The notes beneath the pieces are model-generated. The model made no database searches and was not told the origin of the DNA. It saw only the letters and a program-made list of their open reading frames with translations. A stretch of DNA of 63,614 bases, counting the filler, from Octopus bimaculoides (lineage: Eukaryota), in assembly GCF_001194135.2 (NCBI RefSeq). It is 4 parts of 3 records of this genome, joined end to end, with 100 filler letters (N's around TTAATTAATTAA, not from the genome) between each part and the next. Parts side by side here need not be neighbours in the genome. Positions count along the whole stretch, not along the records: positions 1 to 14,712 come from NC_068985.1; 3 more parts are not named here. The stretch is one strand, 5' to 3'. Shown here one piece after another: positions 1-10,820 of the stretch (the first letter of the stretch is position 1; each line of letters begins with the position of its first letter). The translations under genes and the position numbers were made by a program.

Positions 1-98
1 CACACACACACACACACACGACAAGCTTCTTTCAGTTGTTATTTACCAAATACACTCGCAAGGCTTTGGTTGGCCCAAGACTATAGCAGAAGACATTT
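1..98 (-). mobile_element. SINE-A fragment (tRNA-headed SINE with internal microsatellite)
   Basis: (CA)n then gcttctttcag...aaggctttggttggccc...ctatagcagaagaca, matching the full copies at 6694 and 55665. Confidence 0.75.
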
Positions 99-144
99 GA
101 TACTCCCTTCTCTATAAATCTTTGGCCTTGAGTGAGGGACAAAA

Positions 145-305
145 TGCTAAGCTGGTAGAATCGTTGGCATTCTGGACAAAAAATTTAGCAGTTAACTTTG
201 CCTTTCAACCAAGTCAGTGAAATAAGTATCACTTGAACACTGGAGTCAAAATAATTGACTCCCCACTTAGCAAAAAATTTTAGGCTTTGTGCTTATAATA
301 AAAAA
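145..305 (+). mobile_element. SINE-B (tRNA head plus CORE-like domain), degenerate
   Basis: gctggtagaatcgttggca...actttgcctttca...aataagtatcacttgaacactggagtc...ggctttgtgc; collinear with the copy at 36152. Confidence 0.7.
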
Positions 306-454
306 GTATTTAGTTATGTCCTTAGTTCAAGTCGCTGTGAGGTTTGACTTTTTCATCCATCCCATTCTCAGTGGAAATATTTACTTTATGCCCCACTTTT
401 CTCCACTCGGTTTAATGCAGGAGTCATTAATAACTTATTGACTCCATCATCATT

Positions 455-680
455 TAATCTTTGTTTTCCATGCTTGTATGGATTGGACAGTTCAACAGGA
501 GCTGGCAAAGCAGAGGACTGCATCAAGTGCCACTGTCTGTTTTGGCATGGTTTCTAGGGCTGAATGCCCTTCCTAATGCCATCCACTTTACAGAGGGTGC
601 TGAGTGCTTTTTATGTAACACCAGCAACAATGAGGTCACCAAGTACTATGCAGTACAAGACAAAACCCCTTAACTGGTGG
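455..680 (-). mobile_element. SINE-G (ttccatgct...ggatgcccttcctaatgcca family)
   Basis: tttccatgcttgtatgg...tggtttctagggctgaatgcccttcctaatgccatccac; same family at 8510 (-) and 8020, 8905 (+). Confidence 0.65.
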
Positions 681-1020
681 GGAGTAGTATTGAGATACAA
701 AAAAGGTGTTTTGCATAAGAAGAGAAACATGGCTACCCCAAATGGGGAGAGAGAGGAGAGAAAGATGAATATGTGACAGAGTGGGGGGCAGGGGTAATAC
801 ACTCAAATTACAGAGTGGTGTATATAGCAAAGTGGACTTGGGATTTGGGAGGGTGGGTAGGTGAGTTCACAAAATTTCAAAAGAGGCAGTAGTTAGAGGT
901 GGGAGGTGTGTAATGAGTGGGTACAGGTAGAGGGAAGGGGTAATTAGAAAGATATATTGTGGGAAAGGGATTTAACAGGAACACATTGTGTGTTGGTATG
1001 TAGGTAAATATATGAGGGAG

Positions 1021-1146
1021 GACAGGCTTCTTAAGGACTTTGTTAGCCAGGGGCTATAGTGGAAGACACTTGCCCAAGGTGCCACTCAGTAGGACTGAAC
1101 ATGTGGTTGAAGAACAATCTTTTTAACCACATAACCATGCCAGCAC
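1021..1146 (-). mobile_element. SINE-A 5' half, degenerate
   Basis: ggctatagtggaagacacttgcccaaggtgccactcagtaggactgaac. Confidence 0.75.
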
Positions 1147-1489
1147 TTACAACCAGAAATAACTTAAAATAACAGTGATAAGGTAGTCTGCTCCATCAGA
1201 GCTGACCATTGCCTATGTTACATTTCATGACTGACTCCTTACATCTGCACAATAAGTGTAAGTTAACTGATTGCCAAAAGCAATGGGATTGCAAAGACCT
1301 CAGCTCAGCTTCATGTAGTCTATGCAGAACAAATCAACTTAGCTAAGCCCATTTCTTTCTGGCACATGAAACACTTGTAGGATTTGAAATCACTAAGTAC
1401 AGTTTTACATTTACTCTTACTTAGTCCTTTCACTCTATTACTGATTTGTAAATTTGTCATAAGGAAGCCACAAATTTCGAGTTGCAGAG

Positions 1490-1660
1490 TATGGTCTATA
1501 AATTGACTCCACCAGTCTTCGACTGGTGTATATTGTAGTACAATAAAGATGAAAAGTGAAGTTGACTTCTGTGGGGTTTGATGTCAAAATGAAACAGCCT
1601 TAAATACTGCAATACATTTTACCATGGATGTTCTAGCTATTTTGCCATTCCACTGCCCTC
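1490..1660 (-). mobile_element. SINE-B, highly degenerate
   Basis: aattgactccaccagt...gactggt...gatgaaaagtgaagttgacttctgtggggtttga. Confidence 0.5.
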
Positions 1661-1850
1661 TGCCTTTGCTATAATATTAACAACATTCTAAAAATTTACC
1701 TGAAAAATATTTCATTTTGGCAATTTCTTCTTACAATCTTTGATATTTGAAACTGGGGAATATCTTCACCCACTCTTATTCTCATAAAATACATACACAG
1801 AGTTGGAGAGGAGCCAAGATATTCAATGTAAAGTTTGTATACATTATAGA

Positions 1851-1935
1851 AATATAACACCAGCCATCACTTTAACCACCACCCTACACAATATTGCCAA
1901 GATGACACAACAGTCTTGGTTAACCATTGCGATCT
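1851..1935 (+). CDS. candidate exon, unidentified (e.g. KYNTSHHFNHHPTQYCQDDTTVLVNHCD)
   Basis: acceptor tacattatag| (alternative cacag| at 1800) and donor atct|gtaagt; frame ambiguous. Confidence 0.25.
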
Positions 1936-2229
1936 GTAAGTTTATCATGATCGTATTAACTATTGGATTAGCCAGTGCTGAGTGCCAAAAGCCAATGGGA
2001 TGTAAAGATAGCATTTCAATGGAATTCATCTTCACATAGATGATGTGGAGTACATCAATTGAGTCAAGGCCATTCCTTTCTCAGTGACATGTACTGAGAT
2101 TGAACTTAGGACTGCAATGGTATCATGTTAGTGATATTGGTTACAGAGGTGAAGTAATCATCACATCATGGTGATTACTTAATGATGGTGTGTATGTCTA
2201 TGTGTTTGTCCTTGTTAACATGTTGCCTG

Positions 2230-2385
2230 ATTGTTTTAAATGAATGTCATTCATTTCCAATATTCTACAAAAACATCTGGCATTGAGGAAATATTAATTT
2301 GCTTGCATACAGGTGGGTGTTGGTGACAGGAAGAGTATCCAGCTGTAGAAAATCTGCTTCGATGAATTCCTTCTGACCCATCAGT
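2230..2385 (+). mobile_element. SINE-F fragment (ggtgacaggaagagtatccagctgtagaaaatctgc)
   Basis: similar to 7590-7700. Confidence 0.5.
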
Positions 2386-2399
2386 TGTATGTGGATAGT

Positions 2400-3400
2400 G
2401 GGATACTACCTGTAATCTTAGGTATCCATAAGTTTTTCAACAGTCTTTCAAGTGCTTAGAACCCTCCTGGTAATCCTTGTCCCTAAGCGACAAACTTTCT
2501 GTAGGAGCTCTTCTGGGTATTCTCCTTCAGCCATTTGTCTATATCTTTGTTAAATGTTCCCAATGCACCAATTATTATAGGCATGACCTTTACTGTTCAC
2601 ATGCTCCATATTCAAATTTTATGGGATTGTATTTTTGTTTTGTTTTGTTTTCCTCTCTATGATTCTGGAATCAAACGGACATGATGGGTCAATAAGTAAG
2701 CAACTTTGATTTTCCTTATCTATAATCGTTATGTCTGGTCTATTATTTTCTAATTTCTTGCCTGTTTGAATAGGAAAGTCCCACAAAATCTTACATTTCT
2801 CTGACACCAGTACTCTTTTGACTTGATGATTGCACCATGTATTTTCAGCTTCAAATTCCCATTTCTGGCACAGTTTCCAGCGTATAACTTTTACAACCTG
2901 GTTGTGCCTCCATTTCTTATATTGTTCATGTGCTATCTTGGGGCATAGGCTCTACACTTTTCTTACACATTCTCTCTCTATATTTTTTCTCAAGTTTGTT
3001 TGTTTTTATTGCTTGATCTTAAGCTGCTTCAGTTAGGCTCTTTGTTTCTTCTTTAATTACCCCTTTTTTAACCAAGCCCAGAATTTTGTTCCACATGTCT
3101 TCAGTGGCTCTCCAAAATTGACCGTGCAGAGGTTTCTCTTCAATCTGTCTGGTGCGCTCTCTTTGTACTTCATTTTTGTCCTTTTCTCCTATTACGTGTT
3201 TCATCACCTGTTCTTTATTAAATGTCTTTCATAGTTTTCTGTGCTGCTCTGTAAATACTCTACTAGACTTTTTCTTTCTATCGGTACACATTCTTCTACT
3301 ACTGTTAAGCTTCTTTCACATTGGTCTCTCCTCAAGTACAGCAAGTTGATGTCAGCTTTTGGATGGTGGGCTTCATACATCATTAACTTCCTAGTTTTTC
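2400..3400 (-). mobile_element. decayed R4/Dong-clade non-LTR retrotransposon 3' portion (RT thumb, Zn-knuckle region, REL endonuclease)
   Basis: minus-strand frames give RKTRKLMMYEAHHPKAD, KPLHGQFWR, RHNQVVKVIRW, KILWDFPIQT..RPDITIIDK..LLIDPSCPFD, PIIIGALG, LLQKVCRLGT; several stops and frameshifts. Confidence 0.9.
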
Positions 3401-3413
3401 TGTCAAGTTACTT

Positions 3414-3461
3414 TATTTACATTTGACGGATATTCGTCCTCATCTTGTTTGTTGTTAACAA
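3414..3461 (-). mobile_element. extreme 3' tail of the HHR-SINE-E / PLE-like element (no ribozyme core)
   Basis: tttacatttgacggatattcgtcctcatcttgtttgttgttaacaa is the reverse complement of 53620-53670. Confidence 0.8.
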
Positions 3462-3984
3462 TAATTCCTCATCTCTTAAATATAGAACTGAAGTTACTTT
3501 ATATCGTTTTTAGTCCAGTCTATAATTCCAACTCCATATTTGATTAAGAGGACTGCTCTTGAATTTATTGCTTCAGTAAAGTTTTTGGAATCCAGTTATT
3601 ATTGTAGCAAGTTTGTTGAAAGGTGGGTGAATGTTGGAAGGATGGCCAGTGTGAAAGGACCAATTCTGAGCGTGCTCCTGTAAAAAGGGAATTAAAGGAG
3701 AAGGGCTCTTGCCCTGTTGATCAGGCACCTGTGGATTTTCTGGGTTTTCCATGAGGACCTTAAAATGCCTCCCCTATTGAGAGTTTTAATTTGTTCAATT
3801 TTAATTGTTATTTATATTGTTTACATGCGGAAAAACCATTATATCGTCCTATTTTTGTCTTTTATGTTGTTGCATGTCCCTTAATATTATTGTAAGTCCT
3901 TGTGATTAATAAAAGAATGAATAATGATAATTATTATTATTTTTATCATCATCATCATCATATACACACAACAGATTAAGACCG

Positions 3985-4350
3985 TTGGAAAAGAAAGAAA
4001 TCCTAACATCGGGTTACAACAAGTAACCTTAGATGCCAAGAACCCACCTAAGCATCGTAGTTGTCCCTAATAACACTGTTTTCTAGAGTTGTACTAAACT
4101 GGCTTTTCTGCCTATTTCCTCTATCCATCAGTTCAGATCTTTAGGGATAGTTCCCAGTGCACCTATAACTACTGGGATACATTTTACCCACACTTTCCAT
4201 AGTCTCTGTAATTCAATAGCAAGGTCCTGGTGCTTTGCTATTTTTTTTTCTATACTTCTCATATTAATTTTTTCATCATTTGGGACTGTAAAGTCAATTG
4301 TCTGGCACTTTCTATTCTTTCTATCTACTACTACCAAATCAGGCCTTCTA
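3985..4350 (-). mobile_element. 5'-truncated R4/Dong-clade LINE 3' end flanked by (TAA/TGA)n
   Basis: RRPDLVVVDRKNRKCQTIDFTVPND..KHQDLAIELQRLW..CIPVVIGALGTIPKDL..KTVLLGT; (tta)n at 3930 and 4350. Confidence 0.9.
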
Positions 4351-4898
4351 ATTTATTATTATTATTATTGTGGTTGTTGTCTTTCTGAGCATTGATAAAA
4401 GAGAAAAACCATTGTAAACAAACAACACTACTGCATATATGATGGTGACATGCATTTACAACTATTGTAATGTCAAAACGAAGAGACACAAACTCACATA
4501 CACGTTAGCAGTCTGAGGCATTATAAACAACACATCCAAATTAAGTTGGATGTGCTAATTAATGTTTGTTGCAAAAATTGCTTCTGTTGCTAATAGCTAA
4601 TTTATGCACAGCCCGTCAACTTTTTGCAACACCAATGGCTGTTTGGCCAGTATTATTCCATATCAGTTTGTCTGATTTTCTGTTCTGACATTTAGCTTGG
4701 TTAGCTGTAATGATGTGTGATACAGGTGAAATCACATGATTGGGTAGCACCATCTGCTGATGTACTAGTAAAATTCCATCAACTGATAATAGAATTTTGA
4801 TGCTTTTTAGTATTTATTGTCTATACAAAATGCTTTTTGGGGATGTTTATAGCAAAGGCATTTATAGACAACATAACCAAGTCAGGTGGATGTGCTAA

Positions 4899-5074
4899 CA
4901 CACACACACACACGATTAACTTCTTTCAGTTTCTTTTGACCAAATCCACTTACAAGGCTTTGATTGGCCTAGGACTATAGTAAAAGACACTTGCCCAAAG
5001 TACCATGTAGTAAGACCGAACCTGAAACTGTGATTGGGAAGCAAACTTCTTAACCATGTCGCCATGCCTGCACC
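4899..5074 (-). mobile_element. SINE-A 5' half
   Basis: (CA)n, ttctttcagttt...caaatccacttacaaggctttg...gacacttgccc...cttcttaaccat. Confidence 0.8.
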
Positions 5075-5131
5075 TACACATATACATACTCTCATGTCTG
5101 TATAAATATGCACATATGTTCACACTGTGTG

Positions 5132-5181
<50 letters not shown>

Positions 5182-5244
5182 TGTATGTATGTATGAAGAG
5201 AAAATTACAAATAAACAAGAAATTTGTTGGTTGAACTTTGCCAG

Positions 5245-5373
5245 TAATTATGAAAGTGAGTTAAAAAGTGATGTAATGGCTGTAATTGATGGTCAGCCAA
5301 TAGTTATTGAAAATGTCTCTTTTACTCAACAATCATTCATCTATTATGTCTACCGTAATGGTGAAATTAAATG
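5245..5373 (+). CDS. candidate internal exon, phase 2-2 (NYESELKSDVMAVIDGQPIVIENVSFTQQSFIYYVYRNGEIKW), product unidentified
   Basis: ttgccag| acceptor, atg|gtatct donor, 129 bp open frame with non-repetitive, protein-like composition. Confidence 0.45.
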
Positions 5374-5458
5374 GTATCTTTTTTATTGTTTGTTTTTTCA
5401 CTCCCCTCTTTGAAATTCTCTGTACGGTAGATTCTGTGTTTTTTAATTTTGTAAATAG

Positions 5459-5516
5459 GGAAATTATAATCAAGTCACCAAACAAGTACACATCTGAAAT
5501 TGTAATAGCTAACTAG
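5459..5516 (+). CDS. candidate next exon (EIIIKSPNKYTSEIVIAN*), 3' boundary uncertain
   Basis: ttttaattttgtaaatag| acceptor after an 85-bp intron; phase-compatible with 5245-5373. Confidence 0.35.
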
Positions 5517-6229
5517 AAATTACTTGAACTGAACTGTGAAAAAACACATTTTATTTTTAAAGCAATCAGCAAACAATTTAAATTTCTTTTAATTTTCTCT
5601 CTCTCTCTCTCTATTATTTGTTTGTCCTTTCTGCATCTTAGCACATATCTTGTATAAAGTTTCACCTTGTTATTGCTATATACTTTGTTAGCTGTATAGC
5701 TGTAAAAATAGAATGGCAGTTCATTCACTCGTTCATTCATTCCCATTTTCATTGAGTGTTTGCCAGAATCAAATATGCTTTTTAAGGCTATTTGTTGCAT
5801 CTCGAGTGTCATAAATGGGAAGTATAACAGGTTTCTATACATCTTGGGTTGTGGTTTTGTTTTCATCTTACCATGCTATGTATGCCTTCATGAACAGAAT
5901 GTTCATTTTTGTCCTTTTTTACACAGGAATTTATTATTATGCATGTTTATTTATATTATTATTGTAAACACTGATGCTTTACTGAAAACTATGTCTTTGA
6001 ATTCATTCATGCCTCATTTGGTGCAGCCTATAAATTCCTTTCAGGTTTTCTTTCCTTTCTCAATTTCTCTGACGCTAGAGCTAATCTTTGTAAGTTGGCA
6101 ATAAATATCAGAAAGTAATAGAAACTAAAGCAAAACTTCCAAGTGAGACAAGAAAAGGACATTGCACCCTAATGATTAATGGACTTTGAATGAAAATTTC
6201 TTGTCCATATTTTCCTTCTAAGTTTATAC

Positions 6230-6465
6230 AAATAGGTAATCACTTTGCTACCATTTAGTTTGGGGTGTAGTCCCACTGCGCAGCACCTTGGGCAGGTATC
6301 TTCTACTATAGTTCTGGGCCAGCCAATGCCTTGTGAGTTAAATTGGCAGATGGAAACTGAGTGGAAGCCCTGTGTGTGTGTATACCTGCCTGCATTTGTG
6401 TTTGTTCCACTCCAACGCTTGACGATGGGTGCTGGTTTGCTTATGTCCCAGTTACATAGAAGTTC
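6230..6465 (+). mobile_element. SINE-A, degenerate
   Basis: gtcccactgcgcagcaccttgggcagg...gatggaaactga...(tg)n...gcttgacgatgggtgctgg. Confidence 0.75.
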
Positions 6466-6693
6466 AGCAGAAGACGCTTGAAGGGTTTGTTTGACTGAAA
6501 CTCTTCCTGCAAAGTGGTGCATTTAGCATTGGCTGCAGACCAATGATCAAAACACAAGATAAAAGACAAAAAAAAAAAAAAGTAAGTAATGGCTTCAATA
6601 TAATTTAAATGTACCGGGGGTGGGAGGAATAGCAAAAGCAACTTATTGCAGTGAGACATTGTATTGGGTAACTTAGCAACATCTTTGTGTATT

Positions 6694-7075
6694 TTTTATT
6701 CTTTTATTTGTTTTAGTTATTTGACTGCGGCCATGCTGGAGCACTACCTTTAAGTCGAACAAATCGACCCCAGGACTTATTCTTTGTAAAGCTAGTGCTT
6801 ATTCTATTGACCTCTTTTGCCGAACTACTAAGTTACAGGGTCGTAAACACACCAAAATCGATTGTCAAGCGATAGTGGGGGGGGGGACAAACACAGACTC
6901 ACAGACACACACACACACATGTATGACGGGCTTCTTTCAGTTTCCGTCTTCCAAATCCACTCACAAGGCTTTGGTCTGCCTGAGGCTATAGTAGAAGCCA
7001 CTTGCCCAGGGTGCCACACAGTGGGACTGAACCTGGAACCATTGTGGTAAGCAAGCCACCACGGCCACTCCTGCA
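6694..7075 (-). mobile_element. SINE-A, full length
   Basis: complete from tail (cttttatttgtttta) through internal (CA)n to tRNA-like head (ccacggccactcctgc). Confidence 0.9.
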
Positions 7076-7259
7076 TGTATTAAGATAATTAATTTTGATG
7101 AAATACTTATCTGAAGAACACTGTGCAGAGTTGTTTTTATTGTCACTTAAATTTAGGTCAGCTCAAATCAAGCAGCTTTAAGATCAGTGACATTCCAGCT
7201 GTGATTATCTTTTTGTATGCATTTATAATCAATGTTTCTTCCTTCTTTCCTTTCTTTTC

Positions 7260-7354
7260 TTTCATTATTTTTCTTTCCTTTCATTATTTTTCTTTCCTTT
7301 CATTATTTTTCTTTCCTTTCATTATTTTTCTTTCCTTTCATTATTTTTCTTTCC
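7260..7354. repeat. 19-bp minisatellite (TTTCATTATTTTTCTTTCC) x5
   Basis: five perfect tandem copies read directly. Confidence 0.95.
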
Positions 7355-7375
7355 TTTTTTTTTTGATAGTTTCAG

Positions 7376-7505
7376 GCAGGGTCATGTAGTTAAGTTTCTC
7401 TTCCTAGGCTCATGGTCTTCGATTTAATCTCTCTACGTGGTACCTTGGTCTTCTACTATAGCCTCTGTCTTTGCAGGAAGAGATGGAAACTGAAAGAAGC
7501 CCATT
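7376..7505 (+). mobile_element. SINE-A 5' half, degenerate
   Basis: ctacgtggtaccttggtcttctactatagcc...gatggaaactgaaagaagccc. Confidence 0.65.
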
Positions 7506-7589
7506 TTGTACGTGTGATGTGTATTTAATCTTTTTTAAAACCAAAACGATGCAAGTTAGAAAAACGAATAATACAGCTCGATGGTTTGG

Positions 7590-7700
7590 AAACAGCGTAG
7601 GGTGTTGAAAGGAAGGAATTTAGTCATAGAAAATCTGCCTCTATGAATTCTGCTCGACCCTCACAAGCATGGAAAAATAGACATTAAAATGATTATGATG
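7590..7700 (+). mobile_element. SINE-F 3' end with (GAT)-like tail
   Basis: tagaaaatctgcctc...gaccctcacaagcatggaaaaatagacattaaaatgattatgatg. Confidence 0.5.
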
Positions 7701-7909
7701 AATAGGATGTTATTGGGAGTGGATTAGACTGTTATTTCTAGTGGTCTGAGTCATTGCATATAAGCTCTATGTGTCAGGATTTGTGTATGTGAACAAAGTG
7801 CTTAAAATCTGAAGGCCACTTTACTGAGATACTTGTTCAACAAATAGCTACTGATGTTGGCATTCATTGAGTAAAAGTCAGTTGTATGTGGGTGTACTCT
7901 CTATCTCTT

Positions 7910-7963
<54 letters not shown>

Positions 7964-8019
7964 TGACAGATATACACATGTATAAACATACATACACTTG
8001 TATGTATAAATATGTAAAA

Positions 8020-8200
8020 TGGTTGGTATTAGGAAAGACATCCAATCATAGAAACCATGCCAAAATAAAATGTATGAAGAAAACATGGTTTCCTGTCCAA
8101 ATATGATAGATCAGTTATTCCAAATATAAACTGACTTGGATTGTGATGACTCATTTAACCCATGCTAGCATGAAAACGAGGTAAATGATGATGTTTATGA
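8020..8200 (+). mobile_element. SINE-G, degenerate
   Basis: ggttggtattaggaaagacatccaatcatagaaaccatgccaa...aacccatgctagcatgaaaac...gatgatg. Confidence 0.55.
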
Positions 8201-8249
8201 TGGTGTGTTTGTATATGTATTGTGTGTGTGTGTGTGTTTGACCGTTGAC

Positions 8250-8425
8250 TGAACACTATTCAATTTTTTTTCTCCGTGTTTTTCTCCTTGTCTCCGTATT
8301 CTTTCTGTTGAAGAGCGTAGCTCGAAACGTCAAAGACTTTCCGTATTCCCGAGCGTCATACTAATACATCCTTTTGTTATTTACACCACCTGTCCTCGTC
8401 TGTTGTTGTTTTTTCGTACATTCTC

Positions 8426-8430
<5 letters not shown>
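8250..8430 (+). mobile_element. PLE pLTR-like short repeat carrying an HHR variant, abutting (AT)n
   Basis: collinear with 58095-58255 (ttcccgagcgt..tactaatacatc...tacaccacctgtc.tcgtctgttg...ttctccc). Confidence 0.7.
8300..8336 (+). ncRNA. minimal type-I hammerhead, variant core CUGUUGA
   Basis: stem I UCUUU/AAAGA; CUGUUGA-A; stem II GAG/CUC; GAAA; palindromic ACGU; GUC site. Confidence 0.6.
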
Positions 8431-8480
<50 letters not shown>

Positions 8481-8509
8481 TTATATGTGTATTAATATGT
8501 ATTGTGTCA

Positions 8510-8720
8510 TCATCAATATTTAATATCTGTTTTCCATGCTGGCATGGGTTGGATGGCTTGACAAGAACTGGCAAGGCGAGATTTCACACCAGGTTCCATA
8601 GTCTGCTTCAGCTTAATTTCTACAGCTCGATGCCCTTGCTAATGCCAACCACTCTACAGAATGTTCTGGGTACATTTTACATGGCACGAGCGCCCACATC
8701 AATGCTTTTCATGTGGCACC
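8510..8720 (-). mobile_element. SINE-G
   Basis: tttccatgctggcatgggttggatgg...gatgcccttgctaatgccaaccac. Confidence 0.7.
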
Positions 8721-8904
8721 TTGGTTTTAGTATATCAATTCTGTTGTGGTGGACAGGTTTTATTGAGTACACCAATGTGCCACATATCTGTCGTCTGTCA
8801 TCTCCTTTGTGCGGTTGTAATTTGATTATGTGTATATTTTTTATGTGTGTATATATGTATACATATGCATCTCTCTGAGGGAGGGGCATAAATACTACAA
8901 TGTC

Positions 8905-9035
8905 TTTTCTTGCAAGTTACTTGGTGACCTCACTAGTGCTGGTGCCACAAAAAAAAAACACTCAGTACAATATGAAGTGGTTGGCATTAGGAAGGGCATC
9001 CAATCATAGAAATCTTGCTGAAGTAGATATTGGGG
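8905..9035 (+). mobile_element. SINE-G internal fragment
   Basis: ttggtgacctcactagtgctggtgccac...gtggttggcattaggaagggcatcca. Confidence 0.65.
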
Positions 9036-9045
9036 CTAGATTCTC

Positions 9046-9780
9046 TTTTATTCTTTTACTTGTTTCAGTCATTTGACTGCGGCCATGCTGGAGCACCGTC
9101 TTTTAGTCAAGCAAATCAACCCCAGGACTGATTCTTTGTAAACCTAGTACTTATTCTATTTGTCTCTTTTGCTGAACCACTAAGTTACGGGGATGTAAAA
9201 GCACAAGCATCAGTTGTCAAGCAATGTTGGTGGTGGGGTGACAAACACAGACACACAAATACATATATATATATATANNNNNNNNNNNNNNNNNNNNNNN
9301 NNNNNNNNNNNNNNNNNNNNNNNNNNNNNAATACAAATAATATATGAGTATATGTGTATATACATACATGTATGTACATACCTACATCTACATGTATATA
9401 TAGATGCATATCTGGGTACAGGACATACACACACACGACAGGCTTCTTTCAGTTTCCATCTACCAAATTCACTCAGAAGGCTTTGGTTGGGCTAAGGCTA
9501 TAGTAGAAGACACTTGCCCAAGGTGCTACACAGTGGGACTGAACCCGGAACCATGTGGTTGGTAAGCAAGCTACTTTATTTCATTAAATATTGGCCATTA
9601 AGGCCTTACAAAGAGGGGACGAGCAAGGACAGACAAACATAAAGTAGCTGTGGGTTGGACACAAACATTAATGAGATGAGAGTGATAACAAAAAGATGAA
9701 ATAAAGATGGGAGGGGTACCGGCGCCCGCTGACTGATAGCCCCTTAAGCAAGCTACTTATCACACAGCAACTCATGCATC
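9046..9780 (-). mobile_element. SINE-A, full length, with gap in the microsatellite and a nested insertion in its head
   Basis: tail 9046, head resumes at 9745-9780 after the insertion. Confidence 0.9.
9577..9744 (-). mobile_element. 168-bp retro-insertion (probable LINE 3' UTR) with 14-bp TSD
   Basis: TAAGCAAGCTACTT at 9563-9576 and 9745-9758; minus strand ends ...aatgaaata. Confidence 0.85.
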
Positions 9781-9919
9781 TATATATTCACTACATATAT
9801 TTTAAAGTTTAATTTGTCATAGCATTGCATATACATAAGTTTCATTTGAAAATTTCCTGGTGCTGTGTCTATTTTCACATGAAATATACTCCATAGTTCA
9901 AAATTGAGTTAGCTTGTAA

Positions 9920-10140
9920 CCTTTTAACATTCAGATTACTCTGTTAAATATAATGCTTATTTATTCATATTGCTTTGAATTAGTTATGCTGTATGTTGTA
10001 GCATTGAGATTTCAGTGATGTGCTTCCTTTATTTTTAGAATAATATTGTAGTATAGGTGTGAGAGGCCAGATCTGGCCAGTGTTAACATAAAACAGGTGG
10101 AATATTTGAGCTGGATATGGCCAGTTGAACTTCTAAAGTG
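9920..10140 (-). mobile_element. piggyBac-like MITE (about 220 bp)
   Basis: gtaa|ccttttaacatt...ttctaaagtg|ttaa; reverse complement of the copy at 12637. Confidence 0.7.
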
Positions 10141-10433
10141 TTAAACCACATATCAGAATCTTAAATATGTTGCTATCTGTAGATTTGATCTCTGAGTTTA
10201 GAGAAATGGGCTTAGTTTGATTTCTCCAAGCTGGCATTCTCATAGTTAAAGATGAATATGTACCTCTAGACACTGTATATCAGCTAATTTTTTTCTTCTC
10301 TGAAGCTGGAAATTCAAGTTGTTTAAATGTGTTAAAACCATTAACACTACCAGGTTAGAAAACCATTTGGGATCACAAATTCTGAGGCGTTCATGTTTTT
10401 ATTCTCAATGAATTGAACTGTTTCTTCCCAAAG

Positions 10434-10492
10434 TGTGAATACTCTATCTGGCATAGTACCTCAACTGAACCAGCAAAAATTGTTGAATTAAA
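10434..10492 (+). CDS. candidate exon (CEYSIWHSTSTEPAKIVEL), unidentified
   Basis: tttcttcccaaag| and aaa|gtgagt; only one frame open. Confidence 0.3.
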
Positions 10493-10636
10493 GTGAGTTT
10501 CCATATCAATTCTCTGATTCCAACAAATGGTAGAGAAAGTGATAGTGGTTCGCTCTCTGAGACAAGATAATGTGTACTGTTTTGACCATGGGAGCCATCA
10601 TTTCCTTCAAATTTAATGTTTTGCGGTGGGGCAGTG

Positions 10637-10820
10637 TAGAGTTAGAGGCAACCATATATTGTGGTACTGGTGGTGATGTTGATGGGGTCATTGTAGAGTA
10701 GGAGGCAACCATATAATGTGGTGGCAGTGATGAGAGTTATTGTAGAGGCAAGTTATTGTATAATGTGGTGGTGGAGGATTGTAGAGCAGGAGGCAGCCAT
10801 ATAATATGGCAGTAGTATTT
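10637..10820. repeat. degenerate 40-55 bp tandem repeat x4
   Basis: recurring gtagag..ggaggca.ccatataatgtggt. Confidence 0.75.

Noticed and set aside
5245-5373. Resemblance of PIVIEN...YVYRNGEIKW to Cys-loop / chemotactile receptor ectodomains
   Set aside because: The WxPD motif is absent and the following exon lacks the Cys-loop; too weak to name.
7260-10820. Short tandem arrays as CRISPR-like repeats
   Set aside because: No unique spacers of constant length, no cas genes, eukaryotic context.
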